DNA of 17,517 nt, from the NCBI GenBank assembly GCA_043228905.1, contig JBHGNT010000691.1, positions 1-17,517 on the forward strand, written 5' to 3'. Position 1 is the first letter of the stretch. Every line of letters starts with the position of its first letter. The position numbers were made by a program, and so were the translations under genes. The notes below the pieces were generated by a model. The model was not told the DNA's origin. It did not search any database and was given only the letters and a program-made list of their open reading frames with translations. This DNA is from Azolla caroliniana (taxonomy: Eukaryota; Plantae; Polypodiophyta). Below are positions 1 to 8,525 of the stretch, one piece after another.

Positions 1-83
1 ATCATTCCTTATTAATATATCTTTGTAGATTTGGGTTTCTATATCTTCCTTCTCTCTCTTTTCTATCATCATCTCTCTTTTCA
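1..83 (+). repeat. 3' end (U5) of the 5' LTR
   Basis: 83/83 identical to 2665-2747, ends ...CTTTTCA, lies 3 nt upstream of the PBS. Confidence 0.9.
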
Positions 84-86
84 TTT

Positions 87-104
87 TGGCGCTCCAGGGA
101 GGGT
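87..104 (+). promoter_or_regulatory. Primer-binding site (TGGCGCTCCAGGGAGGGT), probably complementary to a tRNA-Arg 3' end
   Basis: TGG starts 3 nt after the LTR-terminal CA; the reverse complement ends in GCGCCA. TGGCG-type PBSs are typical of Athila/Tat elements. The tRNA identity is from memory of plant tRNA-Arg(CCU) and is not verified. Confidence 0.75.
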
Positions 105-179
105 CGATCCTTTCCGTATAACGGGAGGAACGGTTGCCCACTCATTGATGGTTGGATCTACCGATTCATCATCAAACTA

Positions 180-1169
180 ATGGCAAGATATGGAGTTCGC
201 GATGCGACAGATCTACGAAGAGAACTTTTCCAATTGCGTATGGTTTCACCAATGTGCTACCTCGAGTATGAGAAGACGTTTTTGGATATATGGTCCACTT
301 GGATTGGACTTGTTGGAGGCGTTGAAGATGTATACTTCAAGATGGAAAGATTCAAAGCAGGGCTAGATCCATATTTTCAATATGAAGTGCATATGAAGTA
401 CCCAAGGTCTTTCCATGATTTGCTTCGAGTATGTCAAAGTTATGATCAACAATTGAAGAAGTTGTTATTCGGTGAAGCATATGGAGTATCGGCGTCATAT
501 ACCATAAATCCAAGCTATAATAATTGTGGATCGGTCATGAGCCAACAACCAGCCTACTTGCAATGTCCGATTCAACAGGTTCCCTCATATCATTATTCTA
601 ATTTTTGGAGTTATAATGATGTCTATGAAGGTGATTCCAAAGACAATGAAGAAGAGGTGATGAATGTGGAGTCCCCCCATCTAGTTCATGAGGACAACCA
701 TGATATAAAGAATGATGATGTGAAAGACGAATCTAAGGAGATTGTTATGAGAAGCGATGTTATGGATGGTGATGCCAATGTACATCATGTTGAGGACATT
801 ATTGATACAACAAGCGATATGGTGGTTGATGATGAATATGTGCGAGATGAAATGGAAGATATGACAAAAGAAGTTGTTGATGGTGAAGTACCCACAACGA
901 AGTTGCAAGATGAAGAAGGTAACCTAGAAGTGATAGCTGGAGATTGGCTTTTGGAGATCAATGCGTGTAAGGAAGCATTGGTAAGTGCCAAGTTGCAGTG
1001 TATGAAGGTGTTCATGCATGATTTATGTTTTGGATTTGCATTGAGTAGCAACAAAGTTATGTGGGCATCAACTCTTCAACAACAATTTGACCAAGAGCCA
1101 AGAGATTTACTTGTAATGCATGATTGGAGTATCATTAACTTATCACCATCAAAGGATCACCACAACTAA
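180..1169 (+). CDS. Truncated Gag-like protein (capsid C-terminal-like segment plus Q/Y/P-rich and acidic regions), 329 aa
   Basis: N-terminal LFQLR..EYEKTF..W..ERFKAGL..P.SF pattern resembles the retrotransposon Gag MHR/CA-CTD. The ORF lies just after the PBS. No CCHC knuckle is seen. Confidence 0.65.
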   Translation: MARYGVRDATDLRRELFQLRMVSPMCYLEYEKTFLDIWSTWIGLVGGVEDVYFKMERFKAGLDPYFQYEVHMKYPRSFHDLLRVCQSYDQQLKKLLFGEAYGVSASYTINPSYNNCGSVMSQQPAYLQCPIQQVPSYHYSNFWSYNDVYEGDSKDNEEEVMNVESPHLVHEDNHDIKNDDVKDESKEIVMRSDVMDGDANVHHVEDIIDTTSDMVVDDEYVRDEMEDMTKEVVDGEVPTTKLQDEEGNLEVIAGDWLLEINACKEALVSAKLQCMKVFMHDLCFGFALSSNKVMWASTLQQQFDQEPRDLLVMHDWSIINLSPSKDHHN

Positions 1170-1276
1170 TCAAATGTATAAAGGAGAAGGAATCATCTAT
1201 CGACATTGGCAAGCAAGAAGAGGAAAGCATAACAATTGATGAATATTCGTGGGATAGGGAAAACAAATCATTCCAC

Positions 1277-1849
1277 ATGGTGTCTAAGGAGGAAGAAGTC
1301 ATTGAAGAGAAAAGTATTATCACCCTAAAGGGGAAAAAGAAGATGATTTCAAACGATGTCCAAGGAGAAGAGGATCTAAGGTTTATTTCTCTCTTTTTTA
1401 AGTTTACAAAGTTATTCATAAATGAGTATTCACAGATAAGAGTAGAAGGCATCAAGCACCACATCAAGTTGGAGAATTTGAAGTTTGTCTCACTTATTGT
1501 GGTTGTTCCAAAGGAGAAAGACGTCAACTTCCAATCCTTGAATGATTCAACCAAACGAGATTTATTTTTGCTTCCTTTTCGAGATGAGATTCTAGATGAA
1601 ATGGTCATACATAAAAAACAAGGTAATGTGGAGAATGTGGTGTGCCAAGAAGAAAGTCATGTTCATGAAGCAAAGATTGACATAATTCAAAATATGACAA
1701 TTCTGACAAGTCTCGAAGCTTTGAAGGTATTTGTACAAAAGGTTCGCTCGCTCGAAAGATTTATTCATATGTTAACATGCTTACTTCTATCAAGAGTTAT
1801 GTATCACATAGACCTACTTCTGTTTGGAAAGTTGATGAAGATATACTAA
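1277..1849 (+). pseudogene. Condensed pol relic: pre-RT linker, RT N-terminal motifs and RT thumb joined in frame, catalytic palm absent
   Basis: FVSLIVVVPK..VNFQSLNDSTKRDLFLLPFRDEILDEM resembles the Ty3 RT start (WVSPIVVVPK..VDFRKLN..TKKD.FPLPF.DEILD). VVCQEESHVHEAKIDIIQNM..TSLEALKVFV..VRSLERFI resembles the RT end (IVS.EG..VD.AKI..I.....PT.VK.LRSFLG...Y..RFI). No MPFG or YxDD motif. Confidence 0.7.
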
Positions 1850-2083
1850 TTGTTGTAACCTCTTTCTTTGTGTTGACAAGGAGAAAGATGGTGATGGCAA
1901 TTGTCAATGTGTATGTGTGTGTGTTTAGAAGTGTGAGGTTTTTCCTATCGACTAGCGGGGGTTTTACTCACATAGTTTGTTTCTTTTCTATTTATTTTCT
2001 CCTTCTTTGTCTATAGCCATGAATAAGGCGAAGGAGAACCTTTAGTTTTATTAGTAGCTTAGGGTTCACCATAAATGGTTCAC

Positions 2084-2102
2084 AAAAAAGCAAGGGGGAG
2101 GG
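2084..2102 (+). promoter_or_regulatory. Polypurine tract of the non-autonomous element
   Basis: AAAAAAGCAAGGGGGAGGG lies shortly upstream of TGTGAAAG. Confidence 0.75.
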
Positions 2103-2107
2103 CTAAA

Positions 2108-2747
2108 TGTGAAAGTGTTTTTAGAATTCAAGGTATTGAAGTCTACAAGAATATAAGGTATGGTGCGTTCACATCCGGAGGGCAAGATCACGAGCTAAGG
2201 TCTTGAGGATAAGTCAAACAAAAAGCAAGTCACGTGGAGAAAAGTAAAAGAAGAAAAAAGCGGGCACCAAAATGCAGTCTACAACGAACGCTCATAACTC
2301 ATTCGTTTGGAAGCCAAATATAATGTGTAAATATGGGTTGGAAAGTTTGTGAAGAGAGCTATCCGTAGCTTTTTAAAACTCTAAATTTGGAGCATGGATG
2401 AGGGAGATATGACGATTAGAAGATCATTGTGTCATAGCTAAGAATAGGAGATGGAAAAGCTCTAAAAAAAGCGTGGAAAAGAAAGCAAGCGAAACTTATC
2501 TACTAGAGGAGAACTTCATATAAAGCAAGAAGAGTGAGGTGGTGAGGGGGGGCCTTTTTCTTGTGGGGTTTTTCTTGCCTATTCATGTAGTGCGTTTTTT
2601 CTAGTGATCAATTCATCCTTGTAGGCTTGAGTTTATGTATCTTCTTTCTCTTGTTTCTATGATCATCATTCCTTATTAATATATCTTTGTAGATTTGGGT
2701 TTCTATATCTTCCTTCTCTCTCTTTTCTATCATCATCTCTCTTTTCA
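2108..2747 (+). repeat. 3' LTR (~640 bp; start is 2108 or 2110)
   Basis: Starts TG(TG)AAAG after the PPT and ends CTTTTCA; its last 83 bp equal 1-83. TATA-like CATATAAA near 2517-2524. Confidence 0.8.
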
Positions 2748-3150
2748 GTATGCAGGGGGAGCTGTTTCGTGGCAGTCGAGGCTGCAGAAGACGGTTGCGT
2801 TGTCAACCACGGAGGCGGAGTACATGGCGGCTGTTGAAGCCGGCAAGGAAATAATATGGATGAAAGAATTCATTAGAGAGCTCGGTATCTGGTAGGAGGA
2901 GTACTGACTCTACTGCGACAGTCAGAGTGCCATCCACCTTGCGAAGAATGCGGCCTATCACTCCCGGACGAAGCACATTCAGCGAAGATATCACTGGATC
3001 CGGGAAAGGATAGAAGACCAGGAGTTCGTGCTGACGAAGATCCACACGGACGAGAACGGGTCAGATATGCTGACCAAAGTGCTCACACCCGACAAGCTGG
3101 AAGCGTGCCGGAAGAGGGTCGGACTGGAAAGACATCCCATGCTGAAGTGA
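2748..3150 (+). pseudogene. Ty1/copia pol C-terminus (RNase H), Tork/Tnt1-like, interrupted and with two premature stops
   Basis: Frame 1 reads YAGGAVSWQSRLQKTVALSTTEAEYMAA...LYCDSQSAIHLAKNAAYHSRTKHI..RYHWIRE..KIHTDENGSDMLTK. Stops at 2893 (TAG) and 2905 (TGA); natural stop at 3148-3150. Confidence 0.93.
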
Positions 3151-3158
3151 AGGGGGAG
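3144..3158 (+). promoter_or_regulatory. Copia polypurine tract
   Basis: GAAGTGAAGGGGGAG lies 2 nt before TGTTGG. Confidence 0.85.
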
Positions 3159-3160
3159 TT

Positions 3161-3710
3161 TGTTGGGATTACGGTCCCTCCGGATGGGATGGTCAGATGT
3201 CCGGGAATCGGGAATGAAGACCCGAATGAGGAGTACCCGGTATCGGAACCGGATGATGAAGACCCGGTTTCGGATCTGGATGATGAAGACCCCGGCTACG
3301 GAACCGGATGACGAATGTACCCGGAGAGAGATCCGGATGCGGGGACATATTTGTGAATATGTTTGCCAAGGGCCCTCTAGGCTATATTTGTAAATAGCCC
3401 GAAAGTCATATGTGTATAAATATGACTTAGGGCAAACAGTTTTGTTGTTGTTGCTCATTTTTCTGTTTTCCACTTAGAGGGAGCGAAGTGAGAGCAGCCG
3501 AGAGAGAGATTGAGAGAGAGAGAAAGGAAGAGGTCGACGCCTCTGTGTAATACCGCCGCCTGTGGCGAGGACAGCGAGCTCAAGGTCGTCGCCTTGCAGC
3601 TCGCCATTGTACATTCCCTGCGTATAGTGATAGTTGGAGTCTTGCACTCCCGTGGTTTTTCCCGTCTAGGGTTTTCCACGCTAAACCCTGTGCATTCGAG
3701 TCTCTCTCTG
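3161..3710 (+). mobile_element. Copia 3' LTR, truncated at its 3' end
   Basis: Starts TGTTGG after the PPT. Contains U3 tandem repeats, TATAAAT at ~3415-3421, and a CCCGTGGTTTTTCCC..GGGTTTTCCACG motif typical of plant copia LTRs. No closing CCAACA is found; the right boundary is approximate. Confidence 0.75.
3216..3339 (+). repeat. Degenerate ~27-29 bp tandem repeats in the copia U3
   Basis: CGGAACCGGATGATGAAGACCCGGTTT (3244-3270), CGGATCTGGATGATGAAGACCCCGGCTA (3271-3298) and CGGAACCGGATGACGAATGTACCCGG (from 3299), plus partial flanking copies. Confidence 0.8.
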
Positions 3711-4592
3711 TTAAAAAAATTCCAAGACTTACAGGAATCTGATGCATTATATCCAATTCTAGATGTATAGAGTAAAATTCGACATGTTGCCTCAAATCTA
3801 GATGGAATGAATCGGATTTCTGTACGACATCAAAGGCTTACTATGAGAATCTAAGAAAAATGGAAAACATCTTTAAGACATTTTTTAGATTCTAATGATT
3901 TTGGTAGAAAGCTTCTCTCACATAATCTAATCTTGTAAATGGAAAGTACATAATGAAATATCATAACCAAAAAGTGAGGAGGAAAGATGCATCAAGCACA
4001 TCTACTCTTACATTGGATAATGTTTATATATTAGTGTATGACTTATCTTTGACCAAAACAAGTTATCTGTGACAAACCACAATGAAGATACTAAAAGAGG
4101 ATCTGGAATATGGCTTCAGACACAACACAAAGACAAACAAGAAGCATGACTCATAAACTCGATGAGGTTGGATTGCAATTGGATCAACACAATGCATTAG
4201 TTGCCATTGATGATGAGGATGAGACCTCATAAACTCGTACTAGTTCATCTAATGGGTATGAAGATGATGACATAAACTTGAAAAATGATTGTCCTGATAC
4301 GTTAACTATAAATATTGTATTGCACATCAAGATTTGGATTCAGAATTTCTATAAATATTGGGATTAGTCATTTTGGACATTCATTTGTAAGTTTGGCATG
4401 TCCATTATTTAGGCATTTTTTTGAACACCTAAATTTCCATACATGTTAAAAATCAATATATTTTTGGGTCATTTTTAAAATTCCTTTACGCATGCGGCAC
4501 CCCTTTTTTTGAATCACCCTAATTTGTGTCATTTTTTGATGGACAGTTGTCAAAATGCGACATATTACCTGTTTCAAATGTCCCGGTGTTAA
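3711..4592 (+). mobile_element. Highly decayed relic, possibly the 3' end of a hAT-type DNA transposon
   Basis: Coding-like composition with an acidic tail (GATGATGAGGATGAG, GAAGATGATGAC) followed by an AT-rich end. Only a faint resemblance to the hAT C-terminus; no TIR or TSD identified. Confidence 0.2.
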
Positions 4593-6919
4593 CTCCGTGA
4601 GAATGGTCTTTATGCCAAGCTAGAAAAATGTAGCTTTGACTGCAAGCAAGTGGAATTTCTAGGCTACGTCATCTCCTCAAAGGGCATCTCCATGGATCCA
4701 GTTAAAGTCCAAATTGTGCTAGAGTGGCAAATTCCACGGTCGGTACAAGATGTACAATGTTTTCTAGGTTTTGCTAACTTCTACCGCAAGTTTATACAGG
4801 ATTACTCGAAGATTATTTTACCTCTCACACAACTTACGAAGAAGGGACAAGCATTTCTTTGGTCCAATGAAGCAGACATGGCTTTTCGGTATCTTAAGAA
4901 AGCCTTTACATCAGCTCCTATTCTAGCTCATGTGGATACAAATAAACCATTCATCATGGAGGCCGACACATTGGATTTCGCCCTCGGTAGCATCCTTTCT
5001 CAACAAGGAGATAAAGACGAGTTACATCTTGTGGTTTTTCATTCGCGCAAATTCGATGCCGCGGAAATCAACTATGAAATACATGACAAGGAGTTATTAG
5101 CCATCGTGGATTCCTTTCTGCAATGGCGGCATTTCTTAGAGGGCTCTCCACATCATGTCATCGTCTTTAGTGATCACAAAAATCTTGCTTATTTCCAAAA
5201 CGCTCGGGTGCTAAATCGACGGCAAGCTCGGTGGGCTCAATTCCTCACGCGTTTTGACTTCAAAATCACATATCGATCAGGGAAGCAGCAAGGAAAAGCA
5301 AATGCGCTATCACAGCGTTCATATCTTGCACCTCGTCCTGGTGATCCAGCGTTTGATAATCAAAAGCAAGTAATCTTGGGACCAACACGATTGCACACAA
5401 CGCGGACTTTTCACACCCCAATGGATTCCCGAATTACCGATGCCATACGTGCGAAATTGAAGACAGACAGTTTTGCTCAAGAAATTCTAGCGCACATTGA
5501 TACCTCTTGAGCATCCTGTTCTCAATCTCAACAACCAGGTATGGACTACCGACAATTCGAATATCATGATGGTTTGTTATTCTTTAAAAAGCGTGTATAT
5601 GTCCCTGATTGCTCCTGTCGCCTTCAAATCGTCCAAATTTGTCACGACATCCATACGGCGGGACATTTCGGTAGCACAAAGACGTTGGATCTCGTTCAAC
5701 GATCTTTTTGGTGGCCCCATATGCATCGTTTTGTCGACAATTATGTTCGGACTTGTGATGCTTGTTGCCGAGTAAAGATGCCCCGACACCATCCATATGG
5801 CTTGTTGGAACCCTTACCGATTCCAAGTAAGCCATGGCAGTCTATTTGTCTTGATTTTATCACAGATCTGCCGGTCTCGAAAGGGTTTGATGCTATCTTA
5901 ACCGTCGTCGATCGATATACTAAGATGGCACATTTTGTGCCGTGTACTAAGGCCATCATTAACGAGGAAATTGTCGCCCTTGTCATGCGTGAGGTATTTC
6001 GGCATCATGGCCTCCCAGACAGTATCATCAGTGACCAAGGACCTCAATTCGTCTCCAAATTTTGGCAGCATCTCTTTAAGATGCTCAAGGTCTCTTGCAA
6101 CCTCTCCTTCGGCTACCATCCCCAAACCGATGGGCAGGCGGAACGAACAAACCAAACGCTGGAACAATATCTCTGGTGTTTTTTGAGTTATCAACAAGAC
6201 GATTGGGCCGAGATTCTCCACTTTGCGGAGTTTGCATATAATAATGTTGTTCACTCTTCGACTCGGGTCTCCCCATTTTACGCTTATACCAGTTCTCATC
6301 CTCGTTGGTCAGTGATCGACACCCCAGAGCTACCTACCAATCCTCGTGTCGGGGATCATTTGGAGAGGCTACGCAAGATCCAGATGGATCTCTCTACTAA
6401 TCTTCGTCATGCTCAACACACAGAGAAGACTTATGTGGATCGTCATCGACTTCCCTCCTCTTTTGCCATCGGAGATCGAGTATGGCTCTTACGTCGTCAC
6501 ATCACGATTACTCGATTGTGCGACATATTACTAGTAAGGTTAATGATGTCACGTTCCGCCTTGATCTCCCACCACATCTTCAGATACATCCGGTTTTCCA
6601 TAGCTCTCTTCTTGAACCTTATAAAGCAAACACTATTCCCGATCGTGTTACACTTCCGCTGCCCCCGCTTGAGTTGGAAGCGAGCCCGGAGTATGAAGTT
6701 GTTGTCGTTCTCGATTCCAAACTTGTTCGCAACAAACTTTATTATTTGGTCGATTGGTTCGGCTATAGTCCGAACGAACGTACTTGGGAACCCGTCGAGC
6801 ATGTCGCCAATGCTCAGGATCTTCTTGTTGAGTTCCACTAAAAGTATCCGGACAAACCCGGTCCGCAATCAGTGCCGACTCGTTCCACTCATGGTCTTAA
6901 GGAGGAGATAGTGTCATGA
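4593..6919 (+). pseudogene. Disrupted chromovirus pol
   Basis: RT end LRENGLYAKLEKC..VEFLGY..FLGFANFYRKFI. RNase H YEIHDKELLAIV and SDHKNL. Integrase HHCC (HDIHTAGH..CDAC) and DDE (LDFITDL, SDQGPQF, GQAERTN). Chromodomain EYEV..VLDSK..YYLVDWFGY..ERTWEP. Lesions: in-frame stop at 5508, frameshifting deletion near 6525, stop at 6839. Confidence 0.93.
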
Positions 6920-7352
6920 TATGGCAAGACTCGAACCCATGACCTTATGTTATATGGGTCGAGCTCTTGACCACTACACCATCTATTGTAATACGTAGGA
7001 TATTATTTTCATTTAAGTTTTATTATAGGAAATTAATGTATATTCCATATTTCTCTGGGACATTCTAGAAACTTCAGGATTACTCCTAAGAACACTATAA
7101 AAGAAGGCACTAAGCATTATGTTGAACCAAATTGGTTCAACGCCAGTCTTAAGCCTCATAGCCATCTTGTACTTACTCTTCCTATGATATATCATCTATT
7201 ATCATCATCTCTCTCTCTTGTCCTCTCTCTCTCTCTCTCTCTCTTCTCTTTCCTCCCTCTCGGGAGTCTTATGTGGTCCCGTCCTCTTATTACTAATAGT
7301 ACTTCCCTTCTCTAGTACTAATTCTCTCTCTATTTTAGTATTATTCCTGACA
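6912..7352 (+). repeat. Chromovirus 3' LTR (441 bp)
   Basis: TGTCATGA immediately follows the PPT; ends TCCTGACA (7/8 inverted match). TATAAAA at ~7096 and a CT-rich tract at ~7208-7260. Confidence 0.88.
6916..6988 (-). promoter_or_regulatory. tRNA-like Pol III internal promoter (A box and B box), antisense within the LTR U3
   Basis: Minus strand reads TGGTGTAGTGG (6981-6971) ... AGGTC ATGGGTTCGAGTCT (B box 6937-6927) with canonical tRNA spacing. The stems do not pair, so it is not a functional tRNA. Confidence 0.6.
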
Positions 7353-8525
7353 CCTATCAAACTGAAAGGTCAATTAGGTTGATTGCAAAAAATGGAAAGG
7401 ATATGATAGTTGACCCCAAGCCAAGTGACATCACACCGACAACAGTGTGTTGGCCGATAGAAGGGCATTCAGATCAGCTATCATGGGACCCAACAATGTA
7501 TTTCTGGAGAACTCAAGGACCAACAGAGGGTGCCAAGTTACTTCAATTTTTCATGTACAACACGAAATCGGGAGGCAAATTATTCTAGAACAAGAACACA
7601 AAGATATTGCAACGCGTAAATATTGGATACAAGAGGGCATTAGTGAAAGGAGATTAGATCAATTCTGGAAAATGATATGGCATGACGGTGGTGACCACAA
7701 GATAATGATGTGCTTATGGCTTATTGCACATAGAACCTTGCCGATAGGGACATGGGGTAAAGGCCCCAATGTAGACCCTAGATGTAGTGCATGTGGACAA
7801 CTAGAAAGCATTTCCCATTGTCTATGAGAATGTCGTGAGGCAACGGTTGTGTAGGGAAGGGTATTACGATTGCTAGCTCATTTACCCTCAAACGGGGACA
7901 TGTTTGTTGGAATTGTCTTGATGATGACGTGGAAAAATTTGATCGCACATGCAAAGCAATGTACATAGGGGAGAATGGAACTATTCGATTGATCATTGAT
8001 AACAGGGCACCTACAGTTTGTGCACAAAAGCAGAAAATTGGAGATCTATGGACGTTGCTTGCACCCATTATCATATGGTCCAAAATGGACAGCAAGATGT
8101 ACCAGGGTATTTTCAGCAAACAAACGGCATCTAGCTGAATCTATTAAGCTAGTATGGCACACATTAATAACTACATTGAGGGCACAATATGAGTGGATTG
8201 ATGGAACAAATGATGCTTCAAAACTAACGAGGCTGAATTTCAAAAAACTTTGATGTACTACACCGATGGCTGCAAAAACTGGATTGGATATACAATGGCA
8301 ATATGTAGTACCCAGATTGTTGTTCCCCCCTCCCATTAGATGAAAGACGGGTGAGAATACATGAGATACATAGAGAACAAACATGTGGGCTATTGAATGC
8401 AAGTGGTGTAAGATAAATAAGCGCCCATATGGAAGTAGGCAAGGACAACTCGATAAAGGGACTAAAGTTGTGTAGTAAATGACATTTTAACTAATGGAAT
8501 ATATTCTTTTTTGGGAAAAAAAGAA
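7353..8525 (+). mobile_element. L1-type LINE, degenerate 3' portion of ORF2 (zf-RVT region), 3' UTR and A-rich tail
   Basis: FWKMIW...KIMMCLWLIAHRTLP...RCSACGQLESISHCL*ECR matches the zf-RVT CCHC pattern. Frames are broken by stops and shifts. The ORF ends ...PRLLFPPPIR* near 8343; A-rich tail GAAAAAAAGAA at ~8515-8525. Confidence 0.82.

Larger units (their letters stand above)
1..2747 (+). mobile_element. Non-autonomous Ty3/gypsy LTR retrotransposon (non-chromovirus, Athila/Tat-like); 5' LTR cut by the window edge
   Basis: 1-83 is identical to 2665-2747 and ends in CA. It is followed by a TGGCG- PBS at 87, a gag-like ORF, an RT-relic ORF, a PPT at 2084-2102 and a TG-starting 3' LTR. The internal region is only ~2 kb, with no recognisable protease, catalytic RT or integrase. 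Confidence 0.85.
4593..7352 (+). mobile_element. Ty3/gypsy chromovirus (Tcn1-like), 5'-truncated: RT end, RNase H, integrase, chromodomain, PPT and 3' LTR
   Basis: Domain order RT-RH-INT-CHD; PPT AAGGAGGAGATAG at 6899-6911; LTR TGTCA...TGACA. Confidence 0.92.

Noticed and set aside
3216-3339. CRISPR-like array or acidic-repeat protein (ORF 3105-3311)
   Set aside because: Eukaryotic context, no unique spacers, and it lies inside an LTR; the ORF is a by-product of the repeats.
5577-6868. Antisense and alternative-frame ORFs over the gypsy pol (also over gag and RPL9 exon 1)
   Set aside because: Shadow ORFs of the real coding frames, with no independent motifs.
6916-6988. Functional tRNA gene
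   Set aside because: Acceptor and anticodon stems do not pair and the T stem is mostly G-U or mismatched; kept only as a tRNA-like promoter cassette.
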